The position numbers were made by a program, and so were the translations under genes. From assembly GCA_011109175.1 (NCBI GenBank), contig RDEW01000018.1, forward strand, positions 16,895-80,894: a DNA stretch of 64,000 bases, in the 5' to 3' direction. Numbering within the stretch: position 1 is the first letter of the stretch; each line of letters opens with the position of its first letter. Of this stretch, positions 51,536-63,800 are shown piece after piece. The notes under the pieces were generated by a model. That model had not been told where the DNA came from, made no database searches, and saw only the letters and a program-made list of their open reading frames with translations. Source of the stretch: Dicyema japonicum (Eukaryota; Animalia; Dicyemida).

Positions 51536-52021
51536 ATGATGAATAGCAGATCCTACAGTTGGGGAGGTAAAAACAAGTAAATTTGAAATATTCAATTTTA
51601 AGTGTTATTTTACCACCAGAAATCAAAGACGATCGTAATATGAACATTTCTACGGATACTGAGTTTCGCGTGGCCTATAATACACCCAAATATATTGACA
51701 GAGCAATTCAGTCTCATTATCCTGAAAATCTTATATGGATTTGTAATTTATTCAGATATTTTGTAGTACCGGGTGATCCTTACGATACAGAAGCTAGTGT
51801 ATACCTAACTCAAACAATCAACAATGTTATTAACTAATTATAATTTAGTCTCATAAATTTTGTTCGACTTTGCCAAAAATAAAATGCAATAGCAGCAAAT
51901 TCACTATCCGTCCACAAGGTTGACTGTTATACTCAATACTGTAGATAAAGGAATATTTTATCCCAGCAATGTTATGAAACAACTTGTACAAAGAAATACA
52001 AAGACAACATTTGTTGGGTAG
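51536..52021 (+). CDS. Orphan gene of about 135 aa with three micro-introns
   Basis: Removing GT-AG segments 51577-51602 (26 nt), 51826-51848 (23 nt) and 51919-51944 (26 nt) gives one uninterrupted frame from ATG to TAG: MMNSRSYSWGGKNNVILPPEIK...YPENLIWICNLFRYFVVPGDPY...KFCSTLPKIKC...DKGIFYPSNVMKQ. Confidence 0.6.
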
Positions 52022-52139
52022 AAATATTCATCTCTCTATTTTCAAAATCTTGATTTATTAACTAACATATGAATAATATCATAATATTATGACATTTTTT
52101 CGTTCATCTACTGCATTAGGATTTTTTTCATGAATTAAC

Positions 52140-52760
52140 TTATTACACACAAGCATGTGACTGACTGACAACGGCGTAAATGGTCCCCATTTCCACAGTG
52201 TTGGGTGACAGTCGTTTCTTTTCAGTGATCTCATGTTCCGTAAATTGTACGCCCTTTTCTAGATACCAGTGATATTCTTGATATTTGTTTAGCATATGGA
52301 TGGGACCTACGAGGCATGTGCGTAAGAAATGCATAGTCGATATACTGCTTGTATAACGTTTTTGGAATAAGGTGGATACTGATCTTTCATTGTCCTAAGA
52401 GACTTTTTAGTAAATTAATCTTCTCGCATTTTGTCAGGACATTTTCTGTGTCGCGAGAACATTTACATATCAAAGGTTACTTCAAATATTTTTGGGATTC
52501 GTCAAAAAGGATTTTAGTATCGTTTACCATCTTAGTCTCTTGTCCGAGGTGAAAAAAGAGTGATGGATCCTTCTGAGCTGGTGGATATACATTTTCCTTT
52601 TAACAAACGTATAATTGATTCAAATCTGTTGTAATCTTGTCGCAGTGGCATGGATGTCTTGAACCCGTGATGACAGAAGATGTCATCGATGTTAATAATG
52701 ACGATACAGTTTGCATTTCTTGTAATAACTCAATAAGAAAAGAAATATTAATGATTCCCA
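52140..52760 (-). mobile_element. Jockey/I-like LINE post-RT fragment
   Basis: PKIFEVTFD, TENVLTKCEKINLLKSL and LYKQYIDYA. Confidence 0.65.
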
Positions 52761-53539
52761 GAAGATATTATTCTAAATAAACTTTGATGTTTATTTTAAA
52801 TTTTCAAGACAAACTTGTTTCCTCTAAGGAAGATAGCAAACTAGAGTTTAAAATTTTCAGAAATTCACGATTGGAAAATTTTAAAGTCAAAAATTTTCTT
52901 GGGATTGAGTCAAACGCGTTTTTAACAGTTTTCATATGTTTATTCGAAAACCAAAAGATAAAATTAATAGAAAATTTAAATGAAGATCACAACAACAACA
53001 TTTTTTTATTAAAGACCAAGACAAAGCGATAGTTACGGGGGATTACGTTACTAAAAATCCTTCCTTGAGGCCTGGCTTCTTTCACAGTTTTAGCTTCGGG
53101 CGAAAATACCATTTTTCACATCCGTAGACGACAGAGGGCAGAATAATTCTTTCAAAAATAAAGATAAACGTCTCCTTCTTCAAATCGAGTTTTCGTAGAC
53201 ACAGAAGTGCTTGGTAAGCCTTTTTTTAATTTAGGCACCTTCAACATAATCTCCTCTACATCCAAAACAGAGACCCAAATAAATGAAGATAAGACCGCCG
53301 TCCCCTTTTAAAACAATGTTGAAACGGAATATTCGGTAGAATATATCTGATTTTCGAAAGGTCTAGTTTATTCTGGATTTCGGAAATCGAACACAGCAGC
53401 TAAAGCAGTCTGTTCTGTTGTAGACTGAGTGAAAGGTTCTTTTGCAAAATGCATTGGTTAAATTCTAAAACTTTTGATGGACCAAATAGCGCAAGTTAAT
53501 TAATTATTAGTAATAATTAATGATCGTGATAATGATCAC

Positions 53540-56500
53540 TAGAGCGGAAATTGTCCTATTCATATTTCAAAGATAGAATTGTCTTAAAATAGGACATAAT
53601 TATTATGTTATGTTGTCCAATTAAGTCGTGTCCGACCCTTGGAGATCTCATGAACGAGTTTCCTCCACTCTCCCAGATCCGTTGCAATTTGGAGTAACAT
53701 TGATATAGGCATTCCCTTGACGTCTTCCACCGTGGATAGCCACCGAGTCCTCGGTCGGCCAGGTCTTCTCTTCCCTGTAATATTGCTCAGCATAATGGTT
53801 CTTTCCAGTGAATCAGAGCGAACAACATGCCCAAAGAACGCCAATATGTGTTTTATGATTCTTCCTTCTAGCGAAATGTCCGTCTTTACCCGTTTGAGTA
53901 CATCGATGTTTGTTATTTTGGAAGTCCAAGGGATTCTTAGTAACCTTCTCTAGCACCACAGCTCACAAGCATCAATTTTTTTTCTATCCGCCTTTTTCAG
54001 TATCCATGATTCTGCGCCGTATAGAAAAACCGGGAACACGACTGCATTAACCAGTCTGCATTTGGTCCTTAAGCAAATATCTTTGCTTTTCCAAATTCTA
54101 TTCATTCTCTGTAAGGTGTCTCGTCCCATGGCAATTCACCTCTTGATTTCCAAGCCTCATTCACCATTCGATTAATTAGACATCCCATAAAGACAACATT
54201 ATCGCAACTCTCTATTTTCTCATTCCCTATTTTTAGTTCCATTATTCCATTATTAGCAGTAGTCCTAATTTTGGTTTTTTTGATATTTAGAAATAAACCA
54301 AAACGGCGCTCTCTTCTCTGAATCTTAGAATCAATCCCTGAGGCCATCCTCTGTTTCAGCCAGTATGGTTGTATCGTCAGCATAGCGCAAATTATTGATG
54401 TTCATAACTCCAATTTTAATCCCGTTATTTGATACAGTTTCCAATTTAATCATGATTATTTCGGCATAAATATTGAATAGGATAGGAGATAATATGCATC
54501 CTTGTCTTACTCTTTTACCAATTTTGAACCAATCGGTATCTCCATACAATTTTCTAACAATAGCTTCTTGATCCTTATAAAGAGATTTGATAAGCAATAT
54601 CAGATGGGCATCGAATCCAAATTCTTTTAAAGGACCACAGCTTGTCATGTAAACGGAATCAAAAGCTTTCCGATAGTCAATGAAACACATGTATACACTC
54701 TTTTGGGATTCATGAGCTTTTCCATAATCCACCGGACATTTGCTATATGGTCACGTGTGCCTCGTCCCTTCCTGAATCCTGCTTGGACATTCGGTAGAAT
54801 CATTTCGGCATTTGGCATTAGACGATGTTGTATTATCTTTAGAAGCATTTTGCTGACGTGGGGAATTAAGGCTATTGTACGATAGTTTGAACAGTCCTTG
54901 CATCCCCTTTTTTCGGTATTGAAATAAATAGATCTTTTCCACTCACGTGGCCAAATACCAGTTTCCCAAATTTTTTGACATAGACTGGTGATAGCTGTCA
55001 TCGGTATAGCCTTCAACAATTCGCTTGAGATGTTGTCAATCCCGGTGCCTTGTTTCCCATTAATTGCCGTGTAGCCCACACGCATTCTCCTCAAGGATTT
55101 TATGCCCCTCATCCAACGTTGCTTCATCAACTCATATGGGTTCCGTATATTCTCTCCAATTTTTTTCGGATGTTCTGTTGGCCTAGCAATTCTACACCAT
55201 TTTCTTTGATTTTGCCCATTATTTTCGTAAAGGGGGTTCGTATTCTTTTTAGTTGTAAATACGCATTCCTAGTGTGACCTCTCTTATAGTCATCTTCCAT
55301 TTTTTGCAGTGTAACCTCCAGTAGTCTTCTTTATCCTTCCTTTTTGAATTCAGAGTTAAGTTTTCTTATCTCGTCTATATTCCCAGAGACTTTAGCAGCT
55401 TTACGAGCCTCAGCACTGTTTAGGGTGTTGGCAGAGAGCCATTCAGAGCACTTGGCCGTTTTGTATTTGACATGTTTTATTGCAGCGTTCCTGATAACCA
55501 ACTGCATATCATTCCATAATTCATCAGGCATCCTTCCGTTCAAATCCAATAATCCAATATTGTGCTTAACTTCATTGCGTATTCTGGTGATATGTTTGAG
55601 ACATCGAATTTCTTTACTCGAGGGGTATTCCAAGTGTTACTGAATTTCGTCCTAATTTTTGCAACAAGTAGCTGATGGTCTGTTCCACAGTCTGCCCCTG
55701 GATTTGTTTTGACGGCTGTTATAGAGCTTTTCCAACGTTTGGCGCACAAAATATAATCAATCTGGTTCCTAGACATTCCATTTGGCGACGTCCAAGTGTA
55801 TAATCGTCGATTGTGCTGTTTGAACCATGTGTTAGTTATCTGAAATCCATTTTCCTGACAGAATTGGACCAGTCGATCCCCAGCATCATTTTTTCCCCAA
55901 ACCAAAACTTCCCACAATATCCGTATGTGACATACACCCAACTTTTGAATTGAAATCCCCCATTTTGTTGATTATGTCCTTTTTGGGTATTAGTTTTAGT
56001 GTCTCTTGAAATTCATAATAAAATTGGTCAATTTCGTCATCCTTGGCAATAGATGTTGGGGCATACACTTGCATGACCGTAATATTCAATGGTCGTCCAC
56101 GGACGTGGATTAGTATTATCTGATCATTAAATATTCTATGACTTTCAATAGCAGGTGCAATTTTCTTTGAAGCAATGAAGGCCACTCCGTTTCTCTTCGC
56201 ATTAATGTTACCAGAATAATATATTACGAAATCATCAGAACGAAAAAAACCACTGTCAATCCAATGAAGTTCGCTTACTTCAAGCAGGTCAATATCAAGC
56301 CTTCTCATTTCTCTTTCTACGACTTCTAGTTTCCCTTCGTTTGAGCCTCTTACGTTCCATGTTGCGAAATTGTGAGATTCTATGTGACGAAGACTCGAGA
56401 TTTGATGTTTTGCAGTAACGTTGCTTCCAATTAGATCGTAGGAAAGTTTGCTCATAAGATTTTCTTGGCATTTAAATACAGGGTAGGTTGCCAGGTCTTT

Positions 56501-57471
56501 CCCCATCAACAGCTCTTATATTGGAATAAGTTTCAGAGATAATTATTATAATTATTTTTTAATTTTGTTAGTTTTTTTCAATTCATTTTAAATTACACGT
56601 CATAATTTGTTTTTTATTATTATTATTAGCAGTCTTCATTTAGTGACAGGTTTGTATTTTATTAAAACTATTAGAACTCAGAGGAAAAAATAAGGAACGA
56701 ATTTCAAAAGCAATTTCCAAAAACTCATACATATTCATAAGAACACCTAAATGAGATTTATTTTTTTCAAAAAATGCTCTTAGATAGTAAAATCATCTAA
56801 ACAATACTACATCGATCAACATCTTAATGGAAAAAGTTATCAAACAGAATGCCAAAAATGTATAGAGACTACTCAAGTTTTTCCTCCTAAAGAAAAAGAA
56901 GAAAAACTGGATATTTTTTTTGTTAAAGAATTTTTTTGAAGACGATGGGATTATTGTTGCAAATGTGAAGCAATCAATAATGAATGAAAATTTGTTTCAT
57001 GAACTCTGAAATTGTGAAATATAATTGGCTAAAATCTAATTTGGAAAAATTGCAAAATTCACGGTATTTTATCCAAGAAAGTAATGCAGATTTTGAAAAG
57101 ATCAGTTCTATTTAGGTAAAATAGGATGTTGAAAATTATTTTATCAAAAGGTATGAGAAGAATGATTTAATGGATTTTGTTAAAATGACTAACAAATCAA
57201 TAAATCCAATGACAATTTGCAACTTTCTAAAATGTCCCACCATTTCAATTGCAGTGGAACAATCTTTCTCCCGTTTAAAAAAACAGATGTCTAAGATAGA
57301 AATTTCAATGAAAACAATGTTGAAAAATATTTCATGCTAAAGTACAATTTTTCTAACAATACATAGTTTTCGTTAATTTCCATATAAATTGTCCTAAAAT
57401 GATTTGTCCTACTTTTTTCTTGTCCTAATTGTACTATTTTGTTTTTAAAGTGTCTTATTATTTCCGCCCTA
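53540..57471 (+). mobile_element. hAT-like DNA transposon 2 with 8-bp TSD, interrupted by an RTE element
   Basis: TSD ATGATCAC at 53532-53539 and 57472-57479. TIR TAGAGCGGAAAT / rc TAGGGCGGAAAT. TGTCCTA subterminal repeats at both ends. Transposase C-terminus ISIAVEQSFSRLKK...DRNFNENNVEKY at about 57230-57345. Confidence 0.88.
53607..56538 (-). mobile_element. Full-length RTE (BovB-like) LINE nested in hAT-like element 2
   Basis: FATWNVRG, QVYAPTS, GDFNSKVG, TWTSPNG...RNQIDYIL, GADCGTDH, QAGFRKGRGTRDHIAN, FIDYRKAFDSV, VRQGCILSP, LRYADD, RRPGRPRTRW. 3' end GGTCGGACACGACT. Probable 11-bp TSD ATAATTATTAT at 53596-53606 and 56539-56549. Confidence 0.92.
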
Positions 57472-57966
57472 ATGATCACTTATGATAATTTTATTTATTT
57501 ATTAACCTCAGAAAACACAAGAAATTAGACTTAAATAATATTTGTCCATAGGAAAGACTAGCAAAAATCATTGTATTAAGTATTATTTAAACGCCTAAAA
57601 GATTCAACTGTTGACATAGCGTCATCTTCGGAAAGAGGAAATAACATTTCGAAGGCTGAGGCGATCAATTATCTCATACAATATAAGAGATATGATATCT
57701 GATTGCAATCATTGCAAACATTCAAAAAATTGATCTTCTGGCAACAAAGATGTAGTAGAATTCTGACAGTGATTAATAAGATAGGGACCATTAGGGAGCC
57801 CTCTGGCGATTTAGGCTGCTCTAAAAGACACCTGGCTATTTATGAATGAACGAAATGAATGCCAGAAAATATCAGTAGTTGGCAAGTTTTGTTTAATAGA
57901 AAATTTTAAATTCGATATATTAATAAATTAAATAAATATCAAAAGTATTATAAATTAGGCTTATTT

Positions 57967-60900
57967 ATGTGTGATTCCTATCAGGGTTTTGTTTTCTCTT
58001 ATTTAAAGAAAGCCCAAATGTACGGTCGCTTCTCTGCACCTTCGAAAATATTGACTCCATTACTAGTCTAGTAAAGAACCGACAGAGAGCTACTATTTAC
58101 TGTGTTGATTGGAGTTGTGGGATTTCAGTGAAAACCATTAATGATACAAAATATGTGACATTCCATGTGGTATGCGAAGTCGACCAAGAATTTCATACGT
58201 TTCTCTTAAAAATAATTAACAGTAACTGGTCAGTTCGCTCACATGGAACCTTAAGCATTATCAATTACAAGTTACCATACAAACCAATGGGTAAACTGGT
58301 CTAAACATCATAGAATTTGATCATATATTCTGCTCTGCTAACAGAGAGTGGAACAGAATGCAAATAATCCGCTTCAAGGTATGTCTTATAATCACTGTAG
58401 GACTTGGAAAATGGCCGACTCATTGTCCGGTTGGATATAATATCAGATATGCCATATAATTACACAAAATATGTATCTAAAAGGGAGACTGGCTACGCTG
58501 GATTCATTAATGAAGGCTCAACCTGTTATATAAACTCAGTCATTCAGTCTCTCTATTTTATATGTTCCTTCAGAAAGGTATTCCTCTGTTTTACTCAGTC
58601 TGTCTATTCTATGCGAATAGACTCCTCTCTCCCTAAGAGTCGAGTATCGCTGGCCGTTCAACGCTTATTTTACCTGTTGCAATATACTGATGGACCCGTT
58701 AGTACCACAAAACTGACTGAATCATTCGGGTTTACCGCATAATTACTTTTAGCTGGAATGCCAGTGATGCTACTGTCCAACATGACTCTCAAGAGTTTTG
58801 CAGAGTGGTTGCCAATGTCTTTATATCAGTTATTAGACAAAATTGAGGACAATATGAAAGAATTATCTATGGAGAACCATGTGGCGGCGTTATTTGAAGG
58901 GAAAATGCTGGTTTTAGCTATCATAACCGCAGTCATATATAAAGTGTTGTAACGTCGATTACGAGTCCTCTAGAACTGAAAGTTTTTATGACATCCAACT
59001 TAATGTTCGGGGATTTGGGGATAGTTTGTCTATTGTTAATTTCAGTATATGAATCATTTGACGATTATGTGTCAACAACTTTACTGAATGGTAATAATAA
59101 GTACAACGCTGAACAGTGGGGACTACAGGTTGTTGTGGATAATCAGGTTAGGACGCACGAAAAGGGGTCATTTTTGAGTCTTTCCCACCAGTACTCCATA
59201 TTCACCTTCTCAGAGTCATATTTGATCCTTATAGATTTTCCAATGTTAAAGTTAATGATCAGTTTTTCTAATGCTTATTGAAGTTTCAAATTCTATCGCA
59301 CAATCAACTTGGATCCTTACTTACAAAGTCCCAGTCCATCTCCCGCAATATACATACTCCAGTCTGTGGTCGTTCATATTGGAGATCCAAGTTTTGGTCA
59401 CTACATTATTTATGGGAGTCCCCAGTGCAACCATCAGGTACGTTATTTAATAATATAAGTGGCTTAAGGTTGACGATGAAACTGTGTGTTGGTGCGACGA
59501 GGCTGACGCCATTGACGGAAATTTTGGAGTTTAAACGGAGTACCAGATGGAATTCTACTGCTTATATGTTGGTTTATGTTAGGGCTTCAGAGATTGGTTG
59601 ATATATTTCATAATTTTAGATAACGTTGTCTGTTCTGTGGATAAAACTTCTCTTTATGAGCAATCCCTTAATATGTTTGATGAAGAGATGTTATTTTGTA
59701 TTTATTACTGCAGATATGGGAACAATCACGACAGGAATGGAACACTTTCAGTTAAGATTACAACTGAATCTTCTTTCATAGAGAATATAGGTCCTAATCT
59801 GGTTGATGCTACCTTCTCTCACTCGTAGTCTTAATTTTTAATAAAGATTCATGACTATCCCATGCGATGCCACTGTTCAGGACCTGACTTTAACTGTCGC
59901 TCATCTCATGGTATTCTTTTTGTAATGTAGAAATTTGATCCTGACTGTATCCGATTGTGGCCTGTATTCTTGGAATTTCCATTTGTTGACGATTTTAACC
60001 ACTCTATGAGCTGTTCTATGGTGGATCTGCTAACATACAAGGTCAGTCACGTTGGTCTCAATTACTTTGTTGAAATGAGGGATTCCGGTCAGTTTGATAA
60101 ATTCATACCGAGTGGTTTGTTTCGAAATTATTAAAGAAAATCGTTGTATTTTTGTGAAATACTTTGAAGAAGATATCAAATATGCCGGTTTTTTTGTAGT
60201 AAGGGCAGATGACACATTCGGTATTAATGCTAGTAATGATAGGTCAATTGACTGAAAGACTGGCTGTTAAGATTGGACAGTTTGTTGACACTGATCAGTT
60301 AGATTTATACACTTTGGAAGAGATTGTTGGTTCCTATGTGGACTTTTCTACCAAAATGAAGTCATCTCTCACGAATTTACGAAACGGGCAAATCCTAGTA
60401 CTCACTCCAAGGAGAGCCCCCATCAAATTGTACTATCTTGACTATATGGACGGAATTGATGTATAATTTTTTTTTATTCCAAAGATTAGAGCCTCACTAT
60501 TCCCATTTTATGATACTCCAACCCCCCAAGTGCTGAAGTTTTCAATCAAAAAGACAAGTCCCAGCAAAATGATAAGATCTCGAATGTGTGAGCTTTTGGG
60601 AGTTGAGGATGAGAGTCTACAAATCTACTTTCACTCAAAGTATTAAACTATTAATTGCTGTCTGCTAATACTGACAGAGACTGAATTAAGCAAAGTTTTT
60701 AACTTGAACGTTTCTGGGAGAGGACTGCTGTTTTTCAACTACAGAGTAGTCTCTTCGGATGAATTACGACAGACTGTGATGGTTGTGGTCATGTGGAGGA
60801 AAGCAGACTCCAAACAGGTATGGTGGTAATTGTCAACCTTAGTGTACCTTTATGCGTGTGGCTTCTCTGGAAGAGACAGTATCTGATGTCCTCAGAGGCA

Positions 60901-61614
60901 TTATAGAGAGCTCTGATCATTTGAGGGACTCCAAGATAGATAATTTAAGGTCATTTCTTTTGCAATTTCAGATTCGTTGCTCAAAATGGATATATTTGTA
61001 CGGCCATTCGACTGAATGAGAAAATAAAGAATATTCCTCACTCAGATAATTACTATTACTGTGACGAACTTCCTTCCCCTGATGATTTTGACGACAAACA
61101 GAGTTTTCTACTTTCTTGTCTTATCATTTCTAAAGTTAATTTGTTTTTTATGTATAGGAACCTCAAATAAGTCAACATATGCCCACTCAGACTATTCACA
61201 TGGAGGTACTTAAGACGATGATGGTCTGTCTTCTGTGCAATTATAGAAACGAGTTGATTTCTACGTTTTTGGGATCCCTTTTCTTTTCAAAGTGAAATTG
61301 GTTTTATCTATAATTTACTATAGAATGAATCACATGGGACAGTGCGGGAAAACATTTGTAAAATGTTTCCAGATTTTTGTACTAACTACAATGTAATGTT
61401 CGTTATGAGCTGTAGATTAAATTAGGGATGGTCACTGGCATGAAGATGAGGTATTTGCCTGATCTGTATGTATTTGATTCTCATATTGACATGTTTTCGA
61501 GTTTTGTTAATTGTTTAATTTGCAGAAAAGGATGGTTTGAACAAATTGTGGCTTGCTTTAGAATTCTGTGCTTTGCAGACAAAAACACCTGAGGTTGGCA
61601 TTAAATTTTTTTAA
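57967..61614 (+). CDS. USP7: Ubiquitin carboxyl-terminal hydrolase 7-like (MATH + C19 catalytic + UBL region), many micro-introns
   Basis: Cys box GYAGFINEGSTCYINSVIQSL; VQHDSQEFCRV; ESFYDIQLNVRG; His box VVHIG...GHY; WLKVDDETV; AYMLVYVR; C-terminal LWLALE...GIKFF. Example introns: 57986-58008, 58291-58313, 58379-58400, 58578-58598, 58730-58752, 58808-58829, 58911-58932, 59024-59045, 59129-59151, 59262-59283, 59438-59459 and 59911-59930 (20-24 nt). The 3' half was only partly reconstructed. Confidence 0.92.
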
Positions 61615-61799
61615 TTTATATTTCTTTAACTTTGTTTGATTTGGTGTATGATTTTTTTGTTTATTTTTCTTCAAAACTTTGTTTTATTAATTGTAAATTT
61701 ATTTATCAACATATCGTTAAACAAGTTAATGGTTAACAACTATGGCAGAAAAATTATCCAATATCATAAGTTGATCTAGAATCGGCAGAAAAAAAGCAG

Positions 61800-63800
61800 T
61801 TCTTAAAGTTGTGAGAATACCTCAATGGAGTGAGGGGAATATATGAGTTTTTTGTGCTATCCTGGAAATGGGCACCACCTAAGAAAGTTGGATCACATTT
61901 CATCACTGTAATAAAACAAAAAGAAAATAAGAATAGAAGGGAAAAGCCAGTGGAAAAAATTGAAAAATCAACCTTGCTACTTGCCGGCGACCTGGAGCAA
62001 AACCCAAGGCCGCAACTAACGATTCTACAGCTTAACATCTATGGAATTAGAGGAAAAATTCTCGAACTACGCACTTACCTAAATAAACAAAATGTGGATG
62101 TGGCAGCAATTCAAAAGACCATATCGACGCCTACCTCAACTACTCTTCCTTTACTTGGATACAACTGCATCCGCTTGGATCGGTTTAACCGGAAAGGCTG
62201 AGGTCTCATGTTCATCATTAAGAACGGGTTACTGCATACTGACATCACAGATGACCTCAAATCTTTGACCCAAGATGATGTTGCAGAAATAACAGGTATC
62301 TCGATTCCCACCGTCATTGGAAAAGTTAACATTGCTAATATTTATGTTCCACCTCCCCCATCCTGCATCACCCAGACCTCTCGAAGTTGAACAATCTAAG
62401 GAATCTGATTATCTGTGGAGATTTAAATGCCAAACACCCAACTTGGCTAAAATCACAACGGGCTGACTCCAGAGGGTGGTCCCTACTTGAACAACTCTCG
62501 CCAATGTCGATCCTCAACAATCCGAAGACCCAAACGAGGACGCCTTACAAGGATAATGAAGGTTATACCTCTCCGGACCTTACACTTTGCACCACTAACC
62601 TAACTTCAACCATTTCATGGTCTGTCGACTATGACCTCAACTCCGATCACAACCCAATCATCATCGGAATCAAGAAAGCCATTCCTCCCAGGAAGAAAAC
62701 TACGTCATTCTTCAACTATAAGAACGCAAACTGGAGAGATTATTCAACTTTCACAGACATAATGCTACACACTTCGACACCAATTTATTCAAATCTATTG
62801 ATGGAGCTGTGAAATTCCTAAATAACGTGATCAGAAGAAAACTATTTATCCCAAGATGCTCCTTCAGGCGGTACAACAATAAACTAGATCAAGAAACTAG
62901 AGCCCTCATCAAAGAAAGGAATCAGCTTAAAAGGAATCTTCCACCTTTCCCCGGGAGGAGAAGCCAAATCAAGAGCCTCAACGACGCAGTTGCACAGAGG
63001 TTGAAATCATTTCAAAGGAATGAATGGGAAAGCAGAATCAGAAGTCTTTGCAAACATAAATCTACTCATTACATGTGGAAGACCATTAAAAAGCTCGGAC
63101 CATATACAAAACCAATAACACAGGTCAGCCAAATGTCCAAGAACTAAACAACCCTAATGAAGTTTTATGTCGGAATCAGCCACAAGAAATTCCTGAAAAC
63201 CAGCCATTCCTTTACGTCCACGAAGCCAAAAAGGTCTTCTTCATTATATTGCTTATCACACTCCGATATTTTGAATGAAATCAAAAATACAAAATCTTCC
63301 CTCTCCTGCGGTCCTGATCTGATTTCGGCTATTCTGCTCAAACATCTTGGCCCAATTGGAATAGAAGCGCTCCGGAACATCTTTAACTTTTTCAATAAAC
63401 CATAACCAAATTCCAGACATTTGGAAAAAGTCCAACATACGCCCAATTCTCAAGCCGGGAAGGCCGAAGAACGACCCCTCATCGTACCGACTCATTGCAC
63501 TATTATGCTCATCTCGAAGCTCATGGAAAACTCGTTTTACGCATCATTTACCCCGCCCTTCCCCTTGCACATCTCCAAATGGTTTCAGGAGAGACCGATC
63601 TACATCAACACCCTCACCTCATTGAATCAGTTCATTATTGAAGGCTTTTCTGCAAAACCACATCTAAAATCTGTTTTATGCTGGCTCGACCTGCAAAAGG
63701 CCTTTGATTCTGTATCCAGAAAAATTCTCACTCAAAAAAATTTTAGACTATCCATCAATAATATGGCATTACCTAAATATTTTCTGAATTTGCTATAAAG
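61800..63800 (+). mobile_element. Jockey/I-like LINE (5' end, APE, RT start), truncated within RT
   Basis: LTILQLNIYG, NIYVPP, ICGDLNAKHP, SDHNPI, GPDLISAILLKHLG and LDLQKAFDSV. Confidence 0.88.

Noticed and set aside
52740-53480. Gene fragment with a 21-nt intron-like segment near 53214-53234
   Set aside because: The frames on either side hit stops quickly and nothing is recognisable; too weak to call.
7195-57967. Shared trans-splice acceptor or promoter motif upstream of host genes
   Set aside because: An AG lies near the ATG in RPSA, USP7 and the 51536 orphan, but not in CHMP5 or the innexin. No consistent motif stands out above AT-rich background.
1596-63495. Numerous short ORFs on the strand opposite TE and gene ORFs (e.g. 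4603-4956, 12801-13025, 45016-45399, 48467-48829)
   Set aside because: They are antisense shadows of recognised coding sequence, with no independent evidence.
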